Notes under the pieces: generated by a model | What the model was told of the DNA's origin: nothing | The model's input: only the letters and a program-made list of their open reading frames with translations | The model's database searches: none | Position numbers and translations under genes: made by a program | Virus record (IMG/VR): IMGVR_UViG_3300003541_000001 | Span: 1-49,078 of that record | Source of the DNA: a virus | Strand: one strand, 5' to 3' | DNA length: 49,078 nucleotides | Shown: positions 26,915 to 36,510 of the stretch, one piece after another | How the letters are laid out: each line of letters begins with the position of its first letter | How positions within the stretch are numbered: position 1 is the first letter of the stretch

Positions 26915-27290
26915 TGACTCCTTGAAAGAGAATGAAGGGACAATTCTCGACATGAACAGGGGTCAGATGTATGATGAGGGTACGTTAAACGTGGAGAGTC
27001 CGGGGAAAGTAGAACACTACGCAGAATCAACAATAAGGGCAAAGAAGCGTGCGCCATTTAACAAGACGGAATTTATTACCCTTCGGTGGATGGGTGATTT
27101 TTACAACAGTTTAAAATTGATAATTTTCAAGGATAAGTTTGTAATTACAAGTGATGACAGGATATGGGGAAATTTTTTAGAGACCCAGGACAGATTCGGG
27201 AAAACATTAGGGATGACCGAAAAATCAAAAGGCGAGTTAAGAGAAATAATGAGAGACGAGTTAATCCAAAAAATAAGAAACGCTTTATAA
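26856..27290 (+). CDS. Hypothetical head-tail joining or morphogenesis protein
   Basis: Position only. Confidence 0.5.
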   Translation: MTLTEKLSHLRAINLEALFDDSLKENEGTILDMNRGQMYDEGTLNVESPGKVEHYAESTIRAKKRAPFNKTEFITLRWMGDFYNSLKLIIFKDKFVITSDDRIWGNFLETQDRFGKTLGMTEKSKGELREIMRDELIQKIRNAL

Positions 27291-27899
27291 ATGTCGATTA
27301 AAACTCCGATAATACCGAACCTTGCTTTAAAGGGCATTGATGCAAAGATTCAAGAGATTCAGATTCTTATGGATTCGAATCTCTCATGGCTTGTAAAATC
27401 CTTTGGACTTGCTGATAGGATTGTAGATCAGAAAAATGATAAACCTTATATTTATCCAGCAGTCTTTGAGTCAAATGTTAAAGACCCTATCCCCTTGATG
27501 CCAAGTGATGTTTGGGATTCGTTCGCTTTCTGGACTAAATCAGGAGAGTTAAGGATTGACTCCGAGGGTAGTTTCGTATCAAAGAATCCATTAATAACTC
27601 AAGAGGTCAGTTGTATCTTTTATATGGACATAAGTAAGATTGATAATGTCTCAACTTATAAAGAAACAAAGTCAAAGATCATTGAAGACGTATTCGATTT
27701 CTTTAATAATGTTCATGTGTCTGCAATGCTGGTTCCTGTGAAGTTTATCGAAGATGATATTACCAAAGTCTTTGACGGGTTCACTTTAGATCAACTCGAC
27801 AATAAATGGAAGATGTATCCTAAGTGGACTTGTCGCATGGACTTTGAGTTAAGTTACCGGGATGGTTGTTATTCACTGAATACTTATTCTCATACTTAA
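27291..27899 (+). CDS. Hypothetical neck or tail protein
   Basis: Position only. Confidence 0.5.
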   Translation: MSIKTPIIPNLALKGIDAKIQEIQILMDSNLSWLVKSFGLADRIVDQKNDKPYIYPAVFESNVKDPIPLMPSDVWDSFAFWTKSGELRIDSEGSFVSKNPLITQEVSCIFYMDISKIDNVSTYKETKSKIIEDVFDFFNNVHVSAMLVPVKFIEDDITKVFDGFTLDQLDNKWKMYPKWTCRMDFELSYRDGCYSLNTYSHT

Positions 27900-28207
27900 T
27901 GACATATAATTTCAAGAACTGCAAAAAGGGGAGTATGTTTCCGGGCGTTCAGTTTCAACTGAAGGTTAATGGAGTTGCTAAGGACTTGACCGGATCAGTG
28001 GTTAATCTTACTCTTGACGGGAAGATAGCTTATTCAACTTCAAATGGAGGATTGGTATTCTCGGATATGGTCAACGGTAAGGTTCAGTTTCCGAGACAGA
28101 TAATAAATCTCAATCCTAAAAGTTACCGTATTGGCCTTGTATTTATGTTCCCTGATGGAGAGATGAAAACATATCTTGAAGGAACCTGGAATATCTTAAA
28201 CAGATAA
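27899..28207 (+). CDS. Small beta-rich (Ig-like) virion protein
   Basis: TAATG-coupled ATG 27899. FPGVQFQLKVNGVAKDLTGSVVNLTL resembles phage Ig-like/BppU-N-type domains and also resembles 35683..36027. Confidence 0.45.
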   Translation: MTYNFKNCKKGSMFPGVQFQLKVNGVAKDLTGSVVNLTLDGKIAYSTSNGGLVFSDMVNGKVQFPRQIINLNPKSYRIGLVFMFPDGEMKTYLEGTWNILNR

Positions 28208-28935
28208 TGGAAGAAGAAGTAATCTATATTACTGAGTTAGCGGATGTAATTGAGGAGATTACAATTTCTGTCACAGAAGGGACAAACGAGCCATCCGACG
28301 AGGTTACTATTATCGTTTCAGAAGCATTACAGGGAGAACGGGGGATACAAGGAATACCCGGACGAACACCAGTTAAAGGAGTCGATTATTTTGAGGGCAA
28401 AGATGGTAAGGACGGAGCAAAAGGAGAAAAAGGTGACAATGGCGCACAAGGCATTCATGGAGTTCAAGGAGTCCCCGGTACAAAAGGAGATATAGGATTA
28501 CAGGGTATTCAGGGAGAGAAAGGAGACAAGGGAGATACTGGGGCAGCATCAACAATAGCAGGGCCGAAGGGAGATACCGGAGACAGGGGATTACAGGGGC
28601 CGCAAGGTTTGAAAGGAGACACTGGTTCTCAAGGCTCGGCAGGATCACAAGGACTTAAAGGAGATACAGGCAATACAGGCCCTCAGGGTATTCAAGGGTT
28701 AATGGGGCCGGAAGGGATACAAGGATTGAAGGGTGACAAAGGAGATACAGGATCAAAGGGAGATCAAGGTAATCCTGGTACTAATGGTTTACAAGGTATT
28801 CAGGGGCCAGCAGGGAATAACGGTTCTGATGCTTCGGTAACAAAAGTAAATGTAGAGGCAGTCTTAACCGGAAATATTACGAGTCATAGTCATTCGATTT
28901 ATATAACGAGAGCAGAAATAGAGGGGTTAATATGA
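28207..28935 (+). CDS. Collagen-like (Gly-X-Y repeat) fibre protein
   Basis: An uninterrupted run of GXY triplets from roughly aa 43 to 205 (GERGIQGIPGRTP...GPAGNNG). Confidence 0.85.
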   Translation: MEEEVIYITELADVIEEITISVTEGTNEPSDEVTIIVSEALQGERGIQGIPGRTPVKGVDYFEGKDGKDGAKGEKGDNGAQGIHGVQGVPGTKGDIGLQGIQGEKGDKGDTGAASTIAGPKGDTGDRGLQGPQGLKGDTGSQGSAGSQGLKGDTGNTGPQGIQGLMGPEGIQGLKGDKGDTGSKGDQGNPGTNGLQGIQGPAGNNGSDASVTKVNVEAVLTGNITSHSHSIYITRAEIEGLI

Positions 28936-29777
28936 TAGTATTATCTTCAGTAACGGACAATCTTCAGGTAATTTTGGGAGAGGCACATTCGACTCCTCCT
29001 CAATGTTTTGCCTCATGGAGAGACAGAACAGATACTTCTTTTATCGCTGGTCGCACTGGCATAAACACCAATGGGGCAAATGATGTTAATCTCGTTGCGG
29101 GGCCAAGTTCAGGACAGCGGATAGTTGATTTCTTTACTATCTTCAACGGAGATGTGGTAAGTGCTGTTACGACTGTCAAACTCGATGCTAACAGTACGGA
29201 GTTTATCTTATTCAAATGTACCCTCGCTGCTAGCGAGACGTTAGTATTTCAAGAAGGTGTGGGATTTCATGTACTTGCAAATTCAGGAGCCATAAAACAC
29301 TCTATCAATCAGGGTAATAACACAATGGGAAGTGCTTTAACAGCAGTTGTTTTAGGGTCGGATGTAGTTAATAATAACGGGACTGCTAACACCATTCAGG
29401 ACGTAACGGGGTTGAGTTTTTCTGTTACCGGCGGAGTTACTTATTATTTTTATTTTCTCATTCAATATACTTCTGCAATAGCAACGACAGGATCGAGATG
29501 GTCTATTAACGGCCCTGCTTCTCCTACGATGTTAAGTTATGTATCTGAATATACGCTTACAAGTACAACCACAACTAGAAATGCAGTCTTGCAAGCTTAT
29601 GATTCTCCTGCTGCCTCTAATGCGTCTTCGGTTGTGGCAATGAATATGGCAACAATTGAGGGACTTATAAAACCTTCTTCAAACGGCACTGTGATAGCAC
29701 GGTTTGCAAGTGAGGTTTTGAGTTCGGCTATTACTGCAAAAGCAGGATCGGTTTTATATTATCAACAATTAGGATGA
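28932..29777 (+). CDS. Beta-rich tail structural protein, either the major tail protein by position or the fibre distal domain
   Basis: Immediately upstream of the chaperone/tape-measure genes; Ser/Thr/Ala-rich. Confidence 0.4.
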   Translation: MIVLSSVTDNLQVILGEAHSTPPQCFASWRDRTDTSFIAGRTGINTNGANDVNLVAGPSSGQRIVDFFTIFNGDVVSAVTTVKLDANSTEFILFKCTLAASETLVFQEGVGFHVLANSGAIKHSINQGNNTMGSALTAVVLGSDVVNNNGTANTIQDVTGLSFSVTGGVTYYFYFLIQYTSAIATTGSRWSINGPASPTMLSYVSEYTLTSTTTTRNAVLQAYDSPAASNASSVVAMNMATIEGLIKPSSNGTVIARFASEVLSSAITAKAGSVLYYQQLG

Positions 29778-30205
29778 AAGAGATCGTTTTACATAAAGGG
29801 CTTAATAGAACTAAACTTTTAGTTTATACCGACATTGACCAACTTCCGGCTGACAGGTTCGCTAAACTAAATAAGTTCTGGATGCTTCATGATGAGTTAG
29901 GCAGTTCCTTTGAGGATATTGATAAGATTCATATAACCAGGATTGCGCTCTCGCTTGGTGATCCTGAAAAGGCAAAGAGGGTATTGGATAATATGCGGGT
30001 ATTGATGCACAATATAATAAATGAAGTTAACCCCGAATCGCTTTCTTTCGCTTGTCTGATTCATTCCATTGACGGCGTGGAGATGACTGACTTATCTGAT
30101 GAGAATTTAAACAGGGTTATAAAGTATTTATCTGAACGGGGGTTGACAATAGATGTGTTAAAAAAAAAACAAAGGAAATCAGAGAAGGAATTTACGCTGA
30201 ATTAG
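29774..30205 (+). CDS. Tail assembly chaperone (G-like, zero-frame product)
   Basis: Immediately upstream of the tape measure. Contains an A10 slippery run near its 3' end. Confidence 0.65.
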   Translation: MKEIVLHKGLNRTKLLVYTDIDQLPADRFAKLNKFWMLHDELGSSFEDIDKIHITRIALSLGDPEKAKRVLDNMRVLMHNIINEVNPESLSFACLIHSIDGVEMTDLSDENLNRVIKYLSERGLTIDVLKKKQRKSEKEFTLN

Positions 30206-30522
30206 AGACTTTCTTCCCTGATATATTTACAAATGTTCTTTCAATAAGTTTCTGGTCGAGGATGAAGCAGCGAACACTAAAGATGCTCGAAGCGATCATT
30301 GAGAATAAAGAGTTCGATTCCGAGGGTGACGATATATATTTTGCCTCACTTATTCATCCAAAGAAACTGACCGGTAAGATGACTGATGAAATACGATACG
30401 ATCACGGCTTTGAGAATAACTGTATTATTTTGGGCAAGTTCATAAATCAACCGGTCAAGACACTAACAACAAAAGAATACTTCACGCTGATAGGGTACTA
30501 TAACGAGCAAAACAAAAGGTAA
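29774..30522 (+). CDS. Tail assembly chaperone -1 frameshift fusion (G-T-like product)
   Basis: I translated the -1 frame codon by codon from 30157 to 30264 and found no stop. It joins ...IDVLKK(K) to TKEIREGIYAELETFFPDIF...MKQRTLKML... and ends at the tape-measure start. Confidence 0.55.
30160..30169 (+). promoter_or_regulatory. Slippery A10 tract for a programmed -1 ribosomal frameshift
   Basis: The zero frame reads tta aaa aaa aaa caa. The -1 frame stays open from here through track ORF 30262..30522. Confidence 0.6.
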
Positions 30523-32828
30523 TGGAAGAACCGATCCGCAAAGAGGAGATATTAGATTTTGAGGGAACTCGAAATGAGTTAGCAAAACTTATTGCTGACT
30601 TTGAGAAACTCAATACTCTCTTAGGTAAGGAGTTAAAGGATAATGTTTCTGCATTGACGGTAGTTATTGAGAAATATAATGTCTCCACCAAAGAAGGGCA
30701 AATTGGAGTGCGTAATGCGATTGCAACCGCTGAAAGTTATAGGGAAGAACAGAAAGAATTAACAAAAATAGATAAGGAACTCATCACATTAAAAGCGAAA
30801 CTTAAAGACACATGGAAGGATGCGGCGATTGAAGTTGAGAGATATAAAAAGATGCTTTCTGAAAATAATGCAGAAAATAAAAAACTTATTCAACTGGAGG
30901 GCTCTGCTGTTGGTTCAGTAAATAGATTAAGGGCTGAACTTAAAGAATTAGTTTCCGAATATAATAAACTTGATGCGGCTGCAAGAGAAAGAGCTGCACC
31001 TGCGATTAAAAAATTGGAAGATCAGTTAAAAAGTGCAGACGAGGCAATAGGCAGGCATCAGAGGAATGTAGGGAATTATCCTAAGATTACAAAAATAGCA
31101 TCAGAGGGGTTCGGTAATTTAACTAATGCTATTGGTGGCGTTACGGGAGAAATAGGGAATGCCGTTTCGAGTTTTACAACAGCGGGGGGGGTCGTGGGAT
31201 TATTTACAACTTTGATTGCAGCCCTAGCTACTGCATGGAAAAATACAAAAGAAAATGTAGAGTTGTATCTTGCTTCCGCCGATAAATTAAAATACGGATT
31301 TGCTGGGTATAGTCAAGATGCAGAGAAGGAAAGAAAGGAAACATTAAAAAGGGCAAAGGGGCAAATAAGCGCAGGCATACAAGCACTAACTGAAGCTAAT
31401 GCGGGACTTGAATATCAAGGATCAACTGAAGCGCAAAAGGAAATATATAAATTACAAGCCGATTCTGCTAAATTAATGATTGAGGAAGGGAAATTATTGA
31501 AAGATCAGGTTTATGGGATTAAGGATAAATTTGGATGGACGCAGAAATATAATAAACTTTTACAAGAACAGGAAACTATAAATGATGAGAAACTCGCTAA
31601 GGAAACTAAATGGGAGGGATTAGAGGCTGATTTAACCAAACAAAGAGCTATTGTATTGAGTACAACCGCATCCTCTGTAGAGATGACGAAAGCAAAAAAT
31701 GATGCCGACAAAATAGCGAATCAATTAATCAAAGAGAAAACAGATTTTATAAATTTAGAGATTAAGAATTTAGATGCATTGTCAAAAATAACTGGAACAG
31801 AAGAATTAGTGGAGGAAAAGAGGAATGCATTAGAGAAAGAACTAAATTCTATCCAAAAGGAATATTATAATGATAAGATTAAGATAAATAAACTCGATAA
31901 AATATCAGCAAAGGATGCTAAGGATGTTTTTAAAGCAAGGCACGACCAAGAGGTGATTGCCGAAAAAGAGAATCAGAAATTTATTGATGATTATCTTGAT
32001 ACGGACAAAGACGCCAAAGATAAACAGTGGGATGCTGATGTAAAATATGGGAAGGCCATCTATGATCTTCAAAATAAAAATGCTGCTGAACAATATAAAG
32101 TTTGGGAGAAAGAAAATGAGAAAGAAGCCAAACTTACAGAAGAACATGAGAAGTTAAAACGTGAAATACTCGGTGAATCTTTAAAACGGGTAGGGGATGC
32201 TCTTAATTCTTTGTCTGATCTTTATGAAGCAAATAAACAAAGAGAACTTTCCGCTGCTGGAAGTAATGCAGATGCAAGACTGGAGATAGAAAAGAAATAT
32301 GCAAAGAAACAGCAGGCATTAGGGATAGGGCAGGCTCTTATTAATGGGGCTATGGCAATAACAGAGATATGGAAGAAGTGGTCTGCTAATCCTGTACTTG
32401 CTGCCGTATTTACTGCTTTGTCAGCTGCTGAAACATTGGCTCAAGTAGCAATTATCAAGTCTCAAAAGTTCGCTCGTGGCGGTTCAGGTGTTCTTAACGG
32501 CCCGTCACACGCATCAGGAGGGGTTAACGTAGGCATAGGAGAGGCAGAGGGCGGGGAGCATATATCTATCACATCAAGGAATATGACTTCACGATACGGC
32601 CCTAAAATGCTCGATGCGGTGGCAAACTCTATAAATCAAGGTAAATTCTTTGAAGTATGGGGTAATGTTAACAGATCAATGGGGACGACTGATCCTTATA
32701 CGAAGAAGATGTTCGACCTGATGAACAACACCCCGACAGTTTACACCGACTCATCAGGCAACACAGTAAAAGAATATCCGAATGGACAGAAATATGTAAT
32801 CAAATCATTTAAGTTTTTCACTAATTGA
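30522..32828 (+). CDS. Tape measure protein
   Basis: 768 aa with long coiled-coil Lys/Glu-rich stretches, hydrophobic Gly/Ala segments and FARGGSGVLNGPSHASGG near the C-terminus. Canonical position. Confidence 0.8.
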   Translation: MEEPIRKEEILDFEGTRNELAKLIADFEKLNTLLGKELKDNVSALTVVIEKYNVSTKEGQIGVRNAIATAESYREEQKELTKIDKELITLKAKLKDTWKDAAIEVERYKKMLSENNAENKKLIQLEGSAVGSVNRLRAELKELVSEYNKLDAAARERAAPAIKKLEDQLKSADEAIGRHQRNVGNYPKITKIASEGFGNLTNAIGGVTGEIGNAVSSFTTAGGVVGLFTTLIAALATAWKNTKENVELYLASADKLKYGFAGYSQDAEKERKETLKRAKGQISAGIQALTEANAGLEYQGSTEAQKEIYKLQADSAKLMIEEGKLLKDQVYGIKDKFGWTQKYNKLLQEQETINDEKLAKETKWEGLEADLTKQRAIVLSTTASSVEMTKAKNDADKIANQLIKEKTDFINLEIKNLDALSKITGTEELVEEKRNALEKELNSIQKEYYNDKIKINKLDKISAKDAKDVFKARHDQEVIAEKENQKFIDDYLDTDKDAKDKQWDADVKYGKAIYDLQNKNAAEQYKVWEKENEKEAKLTEEHEKLKREILGESLKRVGDALNSLSDLYEANKQRELSAAGSNADARLEIEKKYAKKQQALGIGQALINGAMAITEIWKKWSANPVLAAVFTALSAAETLAQVAIIKSQKFARGGSGVLNGPSHASGGVNVGIGEAEGGEHISITSRNMTSRYGPKMLDAVANSINQGKFFEVWGNVNRSMGTTDPYTKKMFDLMNNTPTVYTDSSGNTVKEYPNGQKYVIKSFKFFTN

Positions 32829-34582
32829 GAGCAACTTATTTTATATCATTTGACGGGGTTAACTACTCACAATTCTATCCTACTAACGAGCCAAAAGTTA
32901 AATTGGAGCAGGAGGCAGGAGAGATGTTCTTTAGGTGGAAAGTAGATGCTTTTAAGATCGGTAAGACGCAAAACGCAACGGTATTCGCAACACTCTTATC
33001 GTGGTTCTTTGATACAACCAAATATACTACTAATATTTATTACCAGATCAAAGAGAAGGGAGTCATTACGTTTCCTTTTATAGGTTCTGTTTTGCTTGGT
33101 AAAATGGATTCTCAAAATGGGATTTATGAAGGCACTCCCGAACCTAATGATGCTTATTATCCTATTCTTAAAAAATATGATATTAAATATCAAAATCCAT
33201 TTGGCATATCTTCCTATGCTTACATAGATAACGACCCAAATACAAACGCTTTCGCAAATGTTAGTTTTACCACATTTACCCCTGCGGGCAATGGGTCTTT
33301 AATAAACTGGGTAAACAATACCAGAGGAGCAGCGAAGGCAAGGAACATAATATCTGCACCTTCAACAATGGATATTATCTGCAAGGTAACCACATTCTCC
33401 GGTGACTCTATAATATTTAGAGTTGTAGATAATGCAGGGACTCCGACGGGGCCAAATGTAACAGTAAATGCAGTAGGTGAATATCTCATCAGTACTGGGA
33501 CTGGTGCGCCTTATTACATCGAAGCGTACAATACTTCTCCCACTTTAAAAGTTGGTACGTTTACTCTTTATTTTTTCAATGTAGACACCGGAGATTTAGT
33601 TTCTACTTGTGGTCCACTGCGTAATTGTCTTAATGCTTTTTTCGGTGCTTCATATATGAATTTAAGTATAGCCACCGCATATTCAACAATACTATGGAAT
33701 AATGCACTTGGTTCCGATCCACCGGCATCGATCTCTACTTATATGACTGCGCATTCGACCTTTGATTATGTTTTACAAGCCGCTGCTATTTTGAATAATC
33801 TATGGCTTTCAAGGACGGATGCTTTTACTTCAACTCTCGCTTCTGCACATGACTTATCGCTGAAAGATTTAGCGGATTTCCTTAAATATAAGTTCAGAGT
33901 ATATTGGTTCATTGATGAGGACGGCAAATTCAGGCTCGAACATGAGAAATATTTTAGAAGTTATGACCCTCAGATAAATATTACCTCTGCAACTTATGCC
34001 AGTGATAAACCCGAAGTGGATGCACGTATTTACTCGTACCAGGTAGGCGAGGTTTATAAGCAATATACCTACGCAGAAAATAATCAATCTACTGTGGACT
34101 GGATTCCTTATCCTATTGAATTTACTCAAGTAGTAAGTGGAAACAGGCAGGATTTTAATGTTGGATCATTCTCGACCGATATTCAGTACATATCAGACAA
34201 CCCAACGAAAGCAGATAATTCTGGATTTGTCCTTTTAAGAATGATTCAAGGGACTTCTCAAAAGATAGTATCTATTGATGCAAGCGATATAACAGCGACT
34301 AACTTTTATCTCAATAGTCTTTTAGGATGGCATTACATCCTAAAAAAATATCATTCTTATTTTGCCAGCGCAAATATAGGGACGGTTAATGGCAGTGCCT
34401 ATACTTTTAGTCATGTGAAAGAATATCTCACACAAGAAAATATAAAGTTTCATATCGTCACTCAATTAGACTGGAAGAAACCCGTGACTCTTTCGCACGG
34501 TATCGGTTGGTTGAGAAATGCAGAATACTCCCCAGAATCAGGGGTTATAAATATTAACGTTGGTTTTACTCCTAATCCATGA
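32825..34582 (+). CDS. Tail tip or distal tail protein
   Basis: First large ORF after the tape measure. Confidence 0.5.
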   Translation: MRATYFISFDGVNYSQFYPTNEPKVKLEQEAGEMFFRWKVDAFKIGKTQNATVFATLLSWFFDTTKYTTNIYYQIKEKGVITFPFIGSVLLGKMDSQNGIYEGTPEPNDAYYPILKKYDIKYQNPFGISSYAYIDNDPNTNAFANVSFTTFTPAGNGSLINWVNNTRGAAKARNIISAPSTMDIICKVTTFSGDSIIFRVVDNAGTPTGPNVTVNAVGEYLISTGTGAPYYIEAYNTSPTLKVGTFTLYFFNVDTGDLVSTCGPLRNCLNAFFGASYMNLSIATAYSTILWNNALGSDPPASISTYMTAHSTFDYVLQAAAILNNLWLSRTDAFTSTLASAHDLSLKDLADFLKYKFRVYWFIDEDGKFRLEHEKYFRSYDPQINITSATYASDKPEVDARIYSYQVGEVYKQYTYAENNQSTVDWIPYPIEFTQVVSGNRQDFNVGSFSTDIQYISDNPTKADNSGFVLLRMIQGTSQKIVSIDASDITATNFYLNSLLGWHYILKKYHSYFASANIGTVNGSAYTFSHVKEYLTQENIKFHIVTQLDWKKPVTLSHGIGWLRNAEYSPESGVININVGFTPNP

Positions 34583-35364
34583 GAACAGTATTTGCATCAT
34601 TACCTTTTTATGATTCTCTCGTCAAACAAGACCGGGTGAGAGAGAATGCCGTTATTCCTATCCACTGTCCCAGGACGCAATTACCGCCGTTCGAGATCGC
34701 CGTTGGTTCGGCTACGGTTGCAACTATAAACACTATTAAGTTAGTGGCTTGTGATGGCACTAAAACAACGATAAATGGATTCTTCACAGCTTTTCCGACA
34801 GTTACGGCTTCTGTTTCGACAACCCTCGGCCCGTATATTCAATATAACGGTACTGCTTTAAGTTCTTCTCTTCCGGTGGGATCTTATTATGTAGAGATTG
34901 TCAAAAGTGATGCAACCTATTACTCTGACTGGATCAATGTCAGAACAATGGCGAATCCATTAGAGAAATTTATAAAGATAGAGTTTAGTGATGCTAATAA
35001 CCTGGGGGATTTGCGATATGAAAACGGGTTTAAACAACAGGTCTGGCTCGAAGCAGTCTTAAACAATCCTACTCATGAAATGGTAAACATCGGAGAGGAA
35101 AAAGACGGCGTTTTTGTCGCTGAAAAGGTAGTCTCGAAGAAGATTTATTCTATAATAGCCTATGTCTCAAGAAGCCTTTATGAATGCCTTATGAGACTTC
35201 CGCAACATAGTACAATTACCATCACTGATGAGACGGGACAGACCTACACTCCGGCGGTGGGTAATATAACGGTAGAACCTGGGGAGTGGAATTTTTACGA
35301 TATATGCAAGATAAAAATAAATTTCAATGACGGGGCAAATTCGTCTTTTGGATGGACAAAGTAA
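34579..35364 (+). CDS. Tail or baseplate protein
   Basis: Position only. Confidence 0.5.
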   Translation: MRTVFASLPFYDSLVKQDRVRENAVIPIHCPRTQLPPFEIAVGSATVATINTIKLVACDGTKTTINGFFTAFPTVTASVSTTLGPYIQYNGTALSSSLPVGSYYVEIVKSDATYYSDWINVRTMANPLEKFIKIEFSDANNLGDLRYENGFKQQVWLEAVLNNPTHEMVNIGEEKDGVFVAEKVVSKKIYSIIAYVSRSLYECLMRLPQHSTITITDETGQTYTPAVGNITVEPGEWNFYDICKIKINFNDGANSSFGWTK

Positions 35365-35386
35365 TAACCTTTAAATATTTAAGACA

Positions 35387-35671
35387 ATGGAAAGCATAGG
35401 ATTAGCAAGGATCACAGGACACGCAAACGCGGGCAATCAGCAGTTCTTACAGGTAGCCACCACCGAGGCACAGTCAATTCATTTCTGGGCCTTCACGCCA
35501 CTGAACGGAGATGCTGTTATCGCTGCATTAACGAACGAAGATGGGACAAGTGCGCTTGGCTATTGGAGGGGAGGGACAAAAACGGCCTATCAGAACGTCC
35601 TTTATACGGGAAGTTTCAAGGCCATTACACTCACTTCGGGGATTGTTAAACTTGAATTAAGCCAGCAGTAA
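35387..35671 (+). CDS. Small tail-module protein
   Basis: ORF track. Confidence 0.5.
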   Translation: MESIGLARITGHANAGNQQFLQVATTEAQSIHFWAFTPLNGDAVIAALTNEDGTSALGYWRGGTKTAYQNVLYTGSFKAITLTSGIVKLELSQQ

Positions 35672-35682
35672 AAATAAAAGTT

Positions 35683-36027
35683 ATGTCAAAAGCATTTAAT
35701 ATTGGATCAGCGAGGATAGATATTTCTGCGATAGCAGGAGACACTATCGATATGAGTTTTTCTGTTGCTTTCAATGGTGTTGCTTATGACATGACAGGGA
35801 TGCAACTCGACATGAAGATTGTTTATGAATTAAGCGGAATTACTGAAAGAACGTTATCGAGTGCTGGGACTTCTCCGGCTTTAACCATCTCGACCTCGAC
35901 TTTTAATATCTTAACAACTCCGTTTATCAATCCGGGTGTTTATAAATACGATCTTCAGTTGACTAACGGGACAGTTGTTTCGACAATCGGTGGCGGAGAT
36001 ATTGAAATATTACCTCAAATAACATAA
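35683..36027 (+). CDS. Small Ig-like tail-module protein
   Basis: GDTIDMSFSVAFNGVAYDMTGMQLDMKIV, similar in style to 27899..28207. Confidence 0.5.
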   Translation: MSKAFNIGSARIDISAIAGDTIDMSFSVAFNGVAYDMTGMQLDMKIVYELSGITERTLSSAGTSPALTISTSTFNILTTPFINPGVYKYDLQLTNGTVVSTIGGGDIEILPQIT

Positions 36028-36030
36028 GCA

Positions 36031-36510
36031 ATGATAGGAATAGGAATAGGAATCGGCATAGGATTTGGAAGCAAGAAAAAAAATCCATATGGCCCTGAGA
36101 AAGTTACCAACGGGACATTTGATACAAACTTAAACGGATGGACACATCACCCAACTTTTCAATGGGATACCGCAGAATGGAGTGCAGGAAAATTGCACCT
36201 TGTCAGCAACGGAGTTAATGAAGGTGGGGGGATAATGTGTTTTTACCAATCACTGACTTTGACTGCCGGGAAGACATATAAAATAGAATATTCGGCTACA
36301 AGAGCAAGTGGAACCTATTGTATAGTTAGTATTGAAAATGCTGTTGGTGATACAAATCTTGGATATAATAAAGTATTAAATGGTAATTTTATCGAGGATA
36401 CAACATTTATATGTGGTGCTTCTGCTACATTTATAATTGATTTGTGGGCTTCTTGTACTTATGCCTCAGATTATACACTTGATAATTTCTCAATAAAAGA
36501 AGTATTATGA
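36031..36510 (+). CDS. Carbohydrate-binding-module-like tail protein
   Basis: VTNGTFDTNLNGWTHHP is typical of a CBM4/9-type domain N-terminus. Starts with an (Ile-Gly)n repeat. Confidence 0.5.
   Translation: MIGIGIGIGIGFGSKKKNPYGPEKVTNGTFDTNLNGWTHHPTFQWDTAEWSAGKLHLVSNGVNEGGGIMCFYQSLTLTAGKTYKIEYSATRASGTYCIVSIENAVGDTNLGYNKVLNGNFIEDTTFICGASATFIIDLWASCTYASDYTLDNFSIKEVL

Noticed and set aside
28250-28648. Alternative-frame ORFs (28250..28495 + and 28373..28648 -) across the collagen repeat.
   Set aside because: Repetitive GGN-rich DNA keeps several frames open. Only the Gly-X-Y frame gives a coherent protein and operon coupling.
36031-36066. The short tandem repeat considered as a CRISPR or minisatellite array.
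   Set aside because: It has only a few 6-nt units, no spacers, and is in frame within a gene. No CRISPR-like repeat-spacer structure exists anywhere in the window.
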